DNA of 64,000 nt, taken from the NCBI GenBank assembly GCA_009914755.4, contig CP068257.2, positions 38,176,001 through 38,240,000 on the forward strand, read 5' to 3'. The position numbers were made by a program, and so were the translations under genes. Under the pieces are notes generated by a model. The model was not told where the DNA came from and made no database searches. It was given only the letters and a program-made list of their open reading frames with translations. How positions within the stretch are numbered: position 1 is the stretch's first letter; each line of letters starts with the position of its first letter. This document shows, in pieces, positions 39,300 through 50,481 of the stretch. The DNA is from the human T2T-CHM13v2.0 reference genome, Homo sapiens.

Positions 39300-39830
39300 T
39301 GGTCCAATGATTTTACATACCACCTATATGCTAACAGCTTCCCAGTTTATCTTAGCCTTGTATATAAAATGCCCCCTTGACATCTCTATTTTGATGTCTA
39401 CTAGGCTGCTCAAAGCAAAATGTCCAAAACAGAACTTTTGATCCTGTATAAAATATGGAGAAAAATCTGGAAGTAGATCTTAATTCTTTTCTTTCCTTCA
39501 TTGTGACATACAAATCCACAGTAAGTCCTGCCAACTCTACCTTGATACTACCTTTCCTCAGCTCATCCACTAGGCTCATCCCCATGGCTCCCATGCAGGT
39601 CCAAGCCACCATCACCTCTTGTCTAGAAAACTACCCTAGACTCTTTATGGTCTCGTTGCTTTCACTCTACCTCCAGTACGTGTCATTCTCTTAGCAGCAA
39701 GAAGAGTCTTTAAAAATGTAAATCAGATAATATTATTTCCTTATTAAAACTATCCAGTGGCTTCCCATTATACATAAAGAAAAAAATCCTCCAAGATTTC
39801 TTAACCTGGGTGTGCCTAATTATTCTGACT
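39300..39830 (+). repeat. Third copy of the ancient repeat family seen at 30700-31360 and 32747-33400, abutting the L1 5' truncation point.
   Basis: 'ccttgtatataaaatgcccccttgacatctctattttgatgtctactaggctgctcaaagcaaaatgtccaaaacagaac...ggtccaagccaccatcacctcttgtctagaaaactaccctagactc...gtctttaaaaatgtaaatcagataatattatttccttattaaaactatccagtggcttcccattatacataaag'. Confidence 0.5.
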
Positions 39831-40924
39831 TCAGTTATCCCCCCAACCCTTGCCCACCCCATCAGCACACATATGCACTAGATGACCATGTTGCAGCTTC
39901 TCTGGTCTACCTGCCTTCCCCACATTGGTTGACCTTCTTTCCGTCTCATGACCTTTGCATTTGCTGATCCTCTGCCTTCAGCACTGTTTCCACACATCTT
40001 CACACCATTCAGGTCTCAGAGGTATGTCACCTCCTTAGAGAGAGCCTCTCTTCCTTGCCTGATAAGTAAACTGAGGCTCAGAGAGGTCCAGTAACTTGCA
40101 TGAGGCTACCATGCTAGTAAGTAACATATGTGTAATCTGAGCCTTGAGGTTCTGATGCTACATCCTGTGTCTTGACCACTATTTTATCTGTCTTTACTCA
40201 CCCATAATAGTGGCAAGAGAACACAGCACAGTGCAGGGCTTGCTGGGGGCCACACCTGCAGAAGATACAAAGAATGGAGGAAAGAAAAGGAGCAGAAGAA
40301 GGAGGAAGTGAGCCCATAGCCCATAACATTTTTTGGCAGCAGTAGCAGAGCCCAGTAACAGAACAATTGGATGTTGAATAAAATGAAGAGTGAGCCATTA
40401 ACTCCTCAGTACAGCCAAGGTTAAGATATCAGGTCATGATCCAGAGATGAGAAGATCAGGCCTGCAAAACCAACCTGCTGTGCCAGCTAGAAAAGTATTA
40501 TTTATTTCCTAGGGAACTAAAATAAGAATAAAAACCCAACTTGTACTTGTGTCCATGATTAGTATCTTATTCCTGATTTAACAACTCACTTGATATTCTC
40601 AGTAATTTATTGCAGCATGAGTGTTATTCTCAAGTAAGTCCTTTAGTTCACTATTACTATTAAAATAACTGCAATGGATATTGGTTGAAATAGAAATATC
40701 TGAAAATGGTGGATTGGGATTGAGCAGGAGAGAACGATGGAAATAATAATAAGAAGAGTGGACATCAACTGTCCTGTTAGGTCATTTAGGTGTTCCTTTT
40801 GGGTACATCTCTACAGCAATCTTCTGGGGAGAAAGAAAGACAGGAGGCCCCTATGATGGGGCCAGGGAAGAGGATAGTAATTACATAAGCACATTGAGAC
40901 ACCGATATAATCTTCAGTGCATAT

Positions 40925-41378
40925 ACTGACTTTAATACTGTCTTCCCAAATTCATGTCCATTCAGCATCTGTGAATGTGACTTTATTTGGAAATAGGGTC
41001 TTTGCAGATGCAATCAAGTTAAGATGAAGTCATTAGGGGGAACCCTAGATCCAACATGAATAGTGTCCTTAAAGAAGGAGAAATTGGAAATAGAGAGACA
41101 CATACACAGGGAGAATGCTGGGTGAAGACAGACAGAGGTGAAGATTGGAGTAATGCGTATACAAGCCAAGGAGCACCATAGATTGCAGTCACCACCAGAA
41201 GCTGGAAGAGACAAGGAAGGATCCTGCCCTGGAGGCTTCAGAGAGAACGTGTTCCTGCTGACACTCATTTCAGACTTCTGGCCTCCAGAACAGCGAGAGC
41301 ATAAATGCCTGTTTTTATAAAGCAGGCAGTTTGTGGTCATTTGTTAAGGCAGCCCTACGATTTAATACAGCAAATCTA
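40925..41378 (+). mobile_element. MLT1-family MaLR LTR, sense.
   Basis: '..gtgactttatttggaaatagggtctttgcagatgcaatcaagttaagatgaagtcattagggggaaccctagatccaacatgaatagtgtccttaaagaaggagaaattggaaatagagagacacatacacagggagaatgctgggtgaagacagacagaggtgaagattggagtaatgcgtatacaagccaaggagcaccatagattgcagtcaccaccagaagctggaagagacaaggaaggatcctgccctggaggcttcagagagaacgtgttcctgctgacactcatttcagacttctggcctccagaacagcgagagcataaatgcctgtttttataaagcaggcagtttgtggtcatttgttaaggcagccctacgatttaatacag' has the canonical MLT1 3' half. The minus-strand ORF at 41014-41340 is an artefact of it. Confidence 0.9.
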
Positions 41379-42104
41379 AATAATTGGCTATCACAGATGA
41401 TTACTATAAGTAAAATTTCCGCAGAATTGCTTTTTCTTCTGTTGACATAGCATATTTTTATTTTAAAAACTAGTTTTTAGGAATCTATATGAACAGACAG
41501 TACATTCACGTGGTTCCAAAATTAAAAACAAAGCAGGGAATGACATGAAAAGCCCTCCTCCTTCCCCGGCTCCTGTTTCCCCTCTTCACAGACATTTTTA
41601 AAATTCATTTCTTGTGTATTCTTCCAGGAGAATCATGTGCATCTACAAACAATTCAAGGACATATTCTTCCCCTGTTTTTAAAACACAAATTATAGCATA
41701 TCATACTCTGCTTTGCACCTTGCTTTTTTTCCACTCAAGTATATATCCTGGTAAACTTTCCACATAAGTCTATGCAGAGCATCTTGACACATTTTTACAG
41801 CTGTAAAACTTTCCATTGTATGATTAGAATGATAATATATCCAGTTGGTCCTCTCATGAAGGCAATTTAGATGGCTTCCAATATTTTGCTATTATATACA
41901 AAGCTGCAAGACGTCACTTTATATATATAAATGCTTCTTGATTCATGATGGGGCTATGTCCCGGTAAACCATCATAAGTCAAAAAATCCTAAGTCAGACC
42001 ATGGCAAGTCAGGGATGGTCTGTGTGTCATTTTATGTATTTGTGATTATATATGTAGGAAAGAATTCCACAAAAGTGAAATAGAATCCTAAGGGCATATG
42101 CATT

Positions 42105-43430
42105 TGTTGTTTTTAAAAATATATTTTATTGTGGTAAAATATACATAACAAAATTTGCCATTTTAATGATTTTTAAATGTACAGTTCAGTGGTATTAAGT
42201 ACATTGATATTGTTGTGCAACCATCACCAACCTCCATCTCCAGAATATTTTCATCTTCCCTAATTGAAATTCTGTACCCATTAAACACTAATTTCCCATT
42301 CCCCAGCACCTATCAGCCATAATGCGACTATCCATCTCTATGAATTTGACCACTCTAGGTATCTTACGCAAGTGGAATCATACAATATATTCCTTTTGTG
42401 TCTGGCTTATTTCACTATGTAAATGTCTTCAAGCTTCATTCACGTAACATGTGTCAGAATTTCCTTCTTTTTAAAGGCTGAACTATAGTCCATTGTTTGT
42501 ATACACACATTTTGTTTAACCATTCATCCATCGATAGACATTTGAATCATTTCCACCTTTCGATTACTGTGAATAACGCTGCTGTGAACATTAGTGTACA
42601 AACATTTGTTCTAGTCCATGCTTTCACTTCTTTTGGATATATTCCCAGAAGTGGACTTGCTGGATCGTACAGTAATTCTATGTTTAATTTTTAGAAGAAT
42701 CACCATATGGTTTCCACAGTGGCTACACCATTTTACATTCTCACCAGCAATGGTGGGAACTCTGATTTCTCTACATCCTACATCCTCACCAATACTTGTT
42801 AATTTCTGGGTTTTCTTTTTGGATAATAGCTATCTTAATGGGTGTGAAGTCGTATGTTATCTTAGTCATCTTGAGCTGTTATAACAAATATATTATAGAA
42901 AGAGTGACTTAAACAACAAACATTTATTGCTTTGGTTCTGGAAGCTGGGAAGTCCAAGATCAAGGTGCTAGCATGTTTGGTGTCTGGTAAAGACACTCTT
43001 CCTGGTTTACAGATGACTCACTTCTCTGTGTATTCTCACAAAGCAAAGAGGAGAGAAAGAGAGAGAGAGAGAGCGAGTGAGCTCATGAGTCTATCCTCAT
43101 CAGGACACTAGTCCTATTCATGAGGGCTCCACCCTCATGACCTAATCACCTTCCAAAGTTACCATCTCTTATTATACACTGAAGTTAGTATTTCAACATA
43201 TGCATTTTCTGGGGACACACATTCAGTCCAGAACAAATCTCGTGATTTTGATTTGCATTTCCCTAATGATTAGTGATTTTGGGCGTCTTTTTATTTGCTT
43301 ATTGGCTATTTGTATATCTTATTTGGAGTAATGGCTAAATTAAAGTCTTTTGCCCATTTTTTGATGGAGTTTTTTTTTGTTGCTGAGTTCCCCGTGATTA
43401 TTTTCTATATATTTAATATTATAGTATTTT
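42105..43430 (-). mobile_element. Ancient LINE-1 (L1M/L1MB-like) 3' end, antisense, interrupted by the nested MLT1 at 42855-43240.
   Basis: 'tattttattgtggtaaaatatacataacaaaatttgccattttaatgatttttaaatgtacagttcagtggtattaagtacattgatattgttgtgcaaccatcaccaacctccatctccagaatattttcatcttccctaattgaaattctgtacccattaaacactaatttcccattcc...gtggaatcatacaatatattccttttgtgtctggcttatttcactatgtaaatgtcttcaagcttcattcacgtaacatgtgtcagaatttccttctttttaaaggctgaactatagtccattgtttgtatacacacattttgtttaaccattcatccatcgatagacatttgaatcatttccacc...' resumes at 43241 with '..gtgattttgatttgcatttccctaatgattagtgattttgggcgtctttttatttgcttattggctatttgtatatcttatttggagtaatggctaaattaaagtcttttgcccattttttgatgg'. Confidence 0.9.
42855..43240 (-). 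mobile_element. MLT1-family MaLR LTR, antisense, nested inside the L1M. It contains a short (GA)n run at ~43040-43075.
   Basis: 'gctgttataacaaatatattatagaaagagtgacttaaacaacaaacatttattgctttggttctggaagctgggaagtccaagatcaaggtgctagcatgtttggtgtctggtaaagacactcttcctggtttacagatgactcacttctctgtgtattctcacaaagcaaagaggagagaaagagagagagagagcgagtgagctcatgagtctatcctcatcaggacactagtcctattcatgagggctccaccctcatgacctaatcaccttccaaagttaccatctcttattatacactgaagttagtatttcaacatatgcattttctggggacacacattcagtccagaaca'. Confidence 0.85.
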
Positions 43431-46400
43431 TGTGCTATTTTTGATTTAAAAATTTATGACAGATACTATTTTTCTGCCTTACTTTAAATATAATTTATCC
43501 TTTTCTTTCCAACTCAGAGACACCTCCGTTATTCTACTACTCTGTAATATGGGGAAAACTAAGATATCACCCAATATCCATCTGTTCTATTAAGAGATGT
43601 CCTATCTGTTAAGCCAAAAGTTCCATCTTCTTGGTATAAAATTTTCAGCTCATTTACTTAATTAACGGTTAATTCGATTCACTGAGCACTACTCTTGGGG
43701 TTGACAAAACAAAAATGAATTAGTAGTTGTTACTGTCTCTGCAGAACTTGCACATGAATAAATGAATGATCATAACAGAGTGCAGTAACGGTTGTCCTGG
43801 GCAAACACAGATAATCTCTGGCATAATTTAAATCAAGAATGCTTGAACTCTATTGCATGAATCAGAAGACTTAGAAAAGTATTGCCCTATTGGATAATCA
43901 TTGATGAAAATCAGAACAAAGGCCATGTGCCATCTGTTCATCCCAAAATCATAGCCTTCCTATTGACTTCAGCTGCAAAGTGATACAGAAAGTGTGGCAT
44001 GAATCTCACAAAGAGAACATTGATAGAACAGAGACTATTATCGATCTACTTAAATTTTTCTTTAACATCTAGTGTATGCCCTATATTGTGCTAAGGCAAT
44101 GGTAGAAATTGCTTCTGTGATCTCCTCCCTGTCAGCCCCATAGTAATGTCCACCTCTGAGGGAACGACTAACAAAAATATGGCATGTAGCACCAATGGAA
44201 GACATCACTAGCTGATGGTGGCCTTTCTCACTTAGTCTAGTAGTAGTTTCTGAACCCACGGCTGGAGGAGAACAATACCAATCAATAGAGTTGGCCTTGG
44301 AATTTAAATTTGCTTGCAATTTTGGCTGTCAAGGGTCTCTATGTATAAGAAATTCAGCAGTCTCTCTTAATGTCTGCTGCTTTGAGAAGAAGAAGAAAGT
44401 TTGGGGCTCCAGGGAGTGAAATCAGAGAACATGCTCCTCTTTGGGCCTGGATACTGGTGAGTCAAGGTCACCATCTCTTTTGTCTATCTTCTTAAATTTA
44501 TAATTTCTCTCTTTTTTCATATTGCATGTTAAGTAAAAGATTCAATGTGCTTGGTTGACCCTGAAAAGAAAGAGTTGTTGGGAGCAGGCTTTGATTTGAC
44601 TGATGTGTTAACTCATGTGTACATGTCCTATTCATCTTCACATCCTCAGTTCCTGTAATAGTCTTTAGGACATAGTAAGGGCTCAGAGAACATGAGCTGG
44701 ATGAATGATTGAAGCTATAGGACAGTCTTGGATCTACTCACTTGGTTAAATAAAAATCCAGGTAGACTGCAGCTCCAACTATCAAGTGACCAATGCCTAG
44801 GCAAGGGAGAAAACTCTCAGATATGATTCCTACTTGGGAGCCATTCATTCATCCATTAACAAATGCTGAACTTGCATGTTCTCTAAGGTAGGCTGTAGGT
44901 GCTGGGTCCCTAGGGGCAGACAAGAGCATGAGCCCCTCCTGCAAGGAACTTTGGTGAAGTGGAGAAGACATATCTTGGACACATAAATAGAAAATTATAA
45001 ACTGTGATAGATATTATAGTTGGATAAAAAGAGTGCAGGAAGGACATAGTATAGATTGGGTTTAAGGATCCATAAGTGTAGAGATGGAGTAGAGCTTTGA
45101 ACTTGTTCATTGCCCCGCAGTCTGTCAGGGTGCTTCTCCCTGACACCTGTCCCTCAGGGGAAGGACCCTGCACCTGGTCATCAGCTGCTTGAGTGGCATC
45201 AGAGGCTCCGAGTTCGTGCAATGCAGTGCTCCTCTCTGTGAGCACGTGGTCTGTTGCCCAACACACTCCACTGGGCAGAGTCATAGGGAGTCCTTTCTAA
45301 CATCGTTAAAGTCTTAGCTACTGAGACTTCGGTTCAAAAGAGGCAGTGAACTAAATATTTAGGAGAGCTCAGAATTGAAATTGATGGTCAGAGCCTAAGA
45401 AGCCTCCTGCTTCATAGTTATAAAATTGAGTATAGTTTCCAATTCATAAAAATATACACTCAAAAAGCCTTAATAATTTTCATTTGCTTCTTGCAAGGTT
45501 TACAAATGGTTTAACTCAATTTCAGCCCTCAGAGCTTGGATTTCCAGCAATTCCATAAAGATAGGGACCTCATTCTATTCATTTTAAAGCTTTAATGTCT
45601 TTTTTTTCATTTTATAAAATAATAGGCTGTATTCCAAATCTTGATAAGGCCCTGGAATTCTTATTCTATTCCAATGGATTTCCTTCGTTGAGTGTTTTCT
45701 CTTTATTAATCTCTCTCTCTCTCTCTGCAGAATACAGAATTTACACCCTAAAGAAAGTTAGAACCTTTCTTCTGTTTACTAACACACCCCATGAAGTATC
45801 CAGTTAACTCTAGGATAAGACAAAGAAGACTTATCATTGATGAGAATCAGAACAAAGGCCAATTTAGAATCGTTTAGAATCATTGTTACAAATAATGACA
45901 TTATTAGAAACGAAGTGTTAACATATGTGTTAGTAATACCCCTTTGCATGAGTATACTATGGATCCCACAGCAGTCAACATTTGCACCATCGAATCTGCT
46001 TGTTACCTACTTTTGCTCCCTGATATCTGATGTTTGTGGCTCATTCATTGCTTAATTGACTTTGAGCATATTTCCCAAATGTTCTTCTCAATCTTGTCTT
46101 TGCAGCAGAAGGGAGAAGCTGTGTGTCCCTGGGATTCTGGGGGCTCACCAAAGTCCACAATGGCTACCGAAAGTACAACATTTTTGTGAAATCTCATGCT
46201 TTAGCTGAACATTTTGCCTGCAATTTGTGTTCTAATCATATTCCTACGTGTTTTAATACAAAATTTCTCTTTTCCCCTAAACCTTTAAGTAGCATCAGTG
46301 CCTTGGGATGCTGTGTCAAGTGCATGGACTCTGCAGTTGTGTGTCTGAGATTCCTCAGTATTTGGTGAATCATTAGCCCAGCAGAGCAGCACAGTATCAA

Positions 46401-46794
46401 AGGAAGGGGTTTAGCACAGGATTTATTGAGTGTTCCATGCATGAAGACGAGGACCACAGCCTAATCCTCTCTTCCTGCTCAGGGGCCTAGCAACCTGTTG
46501 CCCCGATTGTGGACACAGTTCTAGTCCTACGTCCCCCCATGTGGTTCTTCACTTGTGTCCTCACAAACTAATGGATGGGAGTAAATCCATGAGAAAAGGA
46601 GGCCACCTAAGCCTAGCTCAGCCAGGATGCTCTGTTTCGTTTTTTAGTGTTTATTAGGAAACATCTGTTTCCTAATATAAGGCAGCAAATGCAGCTTTTT
46701 AGGTCTCCTTCCACATCTCCAAACGCCCTCTCTCTCCTGAGGTTTCCTTCATCACCCCAGCAAGTGATGGTCTCTTCCCTTCTTCACTTCCAAG

Positions 46795-46862
46795 TAGCAA
46801 AAGCAAAACAACAAAGCAAACAAAAACAAAAACAAAAACAAAAAACAAAGAGAAAGAATTAG
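46795..46862. repeat. (CAAAA)n/(AAAAC)n-type A-rich simple repeat.
   Basis: 'aaaagcaaaacaacaaagcaaacaaaaacaaaaacaaaaacaaaaaacaaagagaaagaa'. Confidence 0.85.
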
Positions 46863-47544
46863 ATGGAAAATGATGGAATGAGAAAATCATTATTTTGCAA
46901 CTGCTGCTGTAACTGAGTCAGGTGAAGACCCTGGGAGGAGCAGTTGTTGGGAACGGGCTGGTTACATGGTCTCAGAGCGTCACTCCCTCCCTATTTGTTA
47001 ATTACAAGGGAAAACATTTCCTCTCAGTGGAGAGGTCCAACACTTAGCCCAGCCGTCTATCGACATCACCATCATGGGAGAAGCTGACATCACGGGCTGC
47101 CCACTGTGATGCGAGGGGGAGGGCACGCCGTCAAATATTTAGCATTCTGGCCCAAAGCCCTTAACTGGAATCTAAGGTTAGTGAGGACACAGTCAGACAA
47201 ATACAGACTTAGCACATTCTACAAAATGACTGGCCTGGACTCTTAAAAAATATGTTACAATAAATAAACCAACAAAACAAAAACATAGGCAAAGGATCTG
47301 TTCTAGGTAAAAAACACTAAAGAACGATGAAGATTGAATACATTGCATGATCCTTGAGAAGGTCTTGGAAAACTGGGACATTGGAATATAGACTGTGCAT
47401 TTGGTAATATTATTGATCAATGTTAAATTTCCTGGGTGGGATAATGATATTCAAGTTATATAGGAAAAATATCCTTTTTCCTAGAAGAAACATTTGTGTA
47501 AAATGAAACATAAAAGTATCACAATGACTGCAACTTACTTTTGA

Positions 47545-47615
47545 ATGATTTGGAGACTGAGAGAGGAAGAAAGGGAGAGAGAGCAAGAGAGAAGAAAGGG
47601 AAGGAAGGGAGAAAG
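47545..47615. repeat. Purine-rich (GA/GGAA)-type simple sequence.
   Basis: 'gagactgagagaggaagaaagggagagagagcaagagagaagaaagggaaggaagggagaaagc'. Confidence 0.8.
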
Positions 47616-50274
47616 CAAATGTGGAAATGTGGAAAAATGTTAACAACTGGTGAATTGAGGTCAAGGGTGCATAGGTGTTGATTGTAATCATTGACTTTTT
47701 TCAGAGGTTTGAAGTTTTTCAAATTTTTGCAGAAAAAAATTAGCATAGCAATATACCTATCTACGACTCTTGCTGGGCAATTTCAATCTTGTGCTACAGT
47801 TACTTATGGGTTCTACTGTCCCTAATTTGTGGGTTGTTCGCCTAATTAGGATAGGTTCCTAGCTCCCTACATTATAAAGCACCTGCAGAGGTTAATGCAT
47901 GGCTCTTCAAATAATAAATAAATGCCACTCACATGAATGCTGAGAACTAATATTGCGTATCCATACACTGGATGGAGAGGTGGAATTCCAGCCTTGCTGG
48001 GGCAATGAAGTGGGTCACTTCCTGCTGAAAAGGGGAAGGAATTTTAACCCTCATGGGTCACGAAGACCTTGTGAGTCCTCCAAGTTTGCAAGCCCCACAT
48101 TTAGGAGGCCGCACTTGGCCTTGAAGGCCTGACCTTCATCTACACAAGATGGTGGGGTGTTATCTTTTTTGTGTCTTGTGTGAGGGAACTGCACAAATCA
48201 ATTGGAAATAATGCAATGATAAGGCTTCTATAATAGAGAAGGAATAATGCACAAAGCTTCAGGTGATACGGTGTTTACCAAGTTATGTTTTAAAAATACA
48301 GGGCATGAGTGATAGGAATGAAATGCACATTTAATTTAGAGCAATCAGAATTTTCAAAATCATATATTTATTTAAGGTTCAGGAGCATTGCCTGGTTTTG
48401 TCATTTTCATTTGATTTGGGAAGCATGGATTTATCTTATAAAGGGGCTTGGTGCTGTGGTGGAGGGGCCCTAAACCTTCCTATCAGGACAATACAGTTTT
48501 GGGGTTTTTACTATCTTCTCCATGGTATACTGTTTTTCTGAACCCATCCTCGATGGTGAAGGAGGGATACAGAGTTTTTTCACTGAAGGGTCAGGTTGAT
48601 CAGGGAAGAGGAGTGCAGAGCTGAAAGAAGTGAGGCTGGGACTTTGTGCAGCTTGGGGTTCCTTCTACCCTCCATGGGAGACGTGTGAGGATGCAGGTCT
48701 TGAGAGGAGGCTGTCACACGTGGAGTTTCCTCACGATGACCTGTGCTCCTTTCCCACCCTCCCCGCTTACAGGACAGCCTCTTTCAAGGTCCTGAATTCA
48801 CTGACCCCACGCTCCCTCGGAGGCCCCTGAGCTCCCCTACAAGGACCGAGTTAGTCCCTTCGTGGGTTCCCTTCATGAATCTTGATTTCTGAGTGCCTCC
48901 AGGCTGGGCTGGTGGTGGATAGAGACTGTCACTGCCACTGAGGCCCCAGGGGGAAGGGTGCAGGCGGTTCCACAGTGAGTGTGAAGGAGATGCCTCACCT
49001 CCAGTTCCATCTCGCAAGCAGCCTGATGGGCAGCTGCCTGCTTCCTGTCACCTGCAAAGCAGGTACGCCTTGCCAGGGTGAGCACTGTTTCTTCTCGGAG
49101 GCAACACAGTCAGCCTCACACAACGAAGCGAAAAGATTCTCACTCCTGCTGCACGGCATTGGTGTCAACCCTCGCAAACAAGCCCTGCGTCGTTCCCTGG
49201 AGCTTTTGGCATCTTCCCAGGACGGGCTTCCCTTACAAATGCCTCCTCACTGGCTGCAGATGAGCCTGTCTTTGCCACACAGGGAGGAGGACGCTGCTCT
49301 AAGACGATTTTACCTCCAAACCTTCCCCAGCAATTAGAGCAGTGGCGGTGATTTCCAGTTCAGACACTTCAATATATTAGAAGTTATCATAGAGTAAGAC
49401 CCTCGCCCCACACTCAATCCTGTGCACGACTCTTTGTCTTTGTTTTTCTGTTTTGGTTCCATGTTGATGTTTTGACTCTACTCTGGGCATGGAGAGATTC
49501 TCCTCTCCTCCCTGTTTGCATGGGCCAGTGGGGGAGGGGCAATGGGCACGCTGTTTTCTCTGTCATTCTGGGTCCCAGTGATTGAATTATTTGAATATTT
49601 TGGCATTATATTATTATTTTTTGAACAGGGAACACATCTGCATGATTCAAAATTGAAACAATATAAAAGGTGCACAACCTCAATGTCCAATCTCCGCCCT
49701 CATGCCCTGCTCAGCCCAGGAAGCTGCCCCCATACAGTGCACCGGCCCCGCTTCTTGGGCTTTGTTTAGCCAGTGGGAGATGCAGACAGGGCATGGGGTT
49801 GAGCCAGACGAGGGAACCCAGCGGGTTCCATAACCTCCCCCTCCTGTTCCCTCTCTGCCTCACCATTGTTGGTGTCAGCTACATTCTCACATTCACCCCA
49901 TTCTCTGGGGTGGCCTCCTGGGTGAATCCCCTTCTCATGGGACTCCGGTAACTGTTTCTGTTCCTCAGGCAAGGGGGCGATGGGAGGAGGATGGGGTGAT
50001 GGAAACGGCTTTCTGAAGCTGTTAGTCCCTGGCTGTTTAACTTCCTCTATGGTTCTCTTACTCCTGCTTGCAGACGTGGTGTGTCATCTCTACACTGACG
50101 GGTATTGATTGGGTATATCATCTCTACATTCAACTCTCCAGTTAAACCATCTGAGTGGCCTAACAGTTTGTAGTCAGGCCCTGTATGACACACTTACCAC
50201 TCCTTATACTTTATAGGTAACTGCTGTTACTAGTTTTTCCTTATGTAAACATGAAACTTTTGCATATATATATT

Positions 50275-50481
50275 CTTTTTCTTTTTGGTGACAGGGCCTC
50301 ACTCTGCCGCCAAGGCTGAGTGCAGTGGCACACTCGTGGCTCACTGCAGCCTTGACCTCTTGGGCTCAAGTGATCCTTCTACCTCAGCCTCCTGAGTAGC
50401 CAGGACTAAAAGGGCACAACACCATGCTCAGTTAATTTTTGTATTTTTTGTAGAGACAGGGTTTTGCCATGTTGCCTGGGC
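50275..50481 (-). mobile_element. Partial Alu, ~205 bp, antisense. It carries the right monomer plus part of the left and lacks about 100 nt of the Alu 5' end, so it is either a FRAM-like element or a 5'-truncated AluJ.
   Basis: 'ctttttggtgacagggcctcactctgccgccaaggctgagtgcagtggcacactcgtggctcactgcagccttgacctcttgggctcaagtgatccttctacctcagcctcctgagtagccaggactaaaagggcacaacaccatgctcagttaatttttgtattttttgtagagacagggttttgccatgttgcctgggct' ends at the 50481 boundary ('gttgcctgggct'). Confidence 0.85.

Larger units (their letters stand above)
34515..39300 (-). mobile_element. LINE-1, older primate L1PA/L1PB-like, ~4.8 kb, 5'-truncated near the ORF1/ORF2 junction, antisense. It runs from the 3'UTR through ORF2 with multiple frameshifts and stops.
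   Basis: Continuous homology to the L1 antisense strand from the 3'UTR ('..ttgtactagtttacattcccaccaacagtgtgaaagtgttcccttttc..') through ORF2 C-terminus, RT and EN-proximal regions. The ORF-track proteins at 35568-35945, 36381-36926 and 37933-38127 (minus strand) are L1 ORF2 fragments; the 36381-36926 fragment contains the RT motif '[14 protein letters not shown]'. Confidence 0.95.

Noticed and set aside
48600-49350. Moderately GC-rich block with a 120-aa plus-strand ORF (48975-49337) and scattered CpGs. Considered as a possible CpG island, promoter or unannotated exon.
   Set aside because: There are about 17 CpGs in ~750 bp at ~55% GC, which gives an observed/expected ratio of ~0.3, far below island criteria. 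There is no TATA/Inr or splice-site pattern, and the ORF peptide has no recognisable similarity. It is most likely neutral sequence; only conservation data could rescue it.
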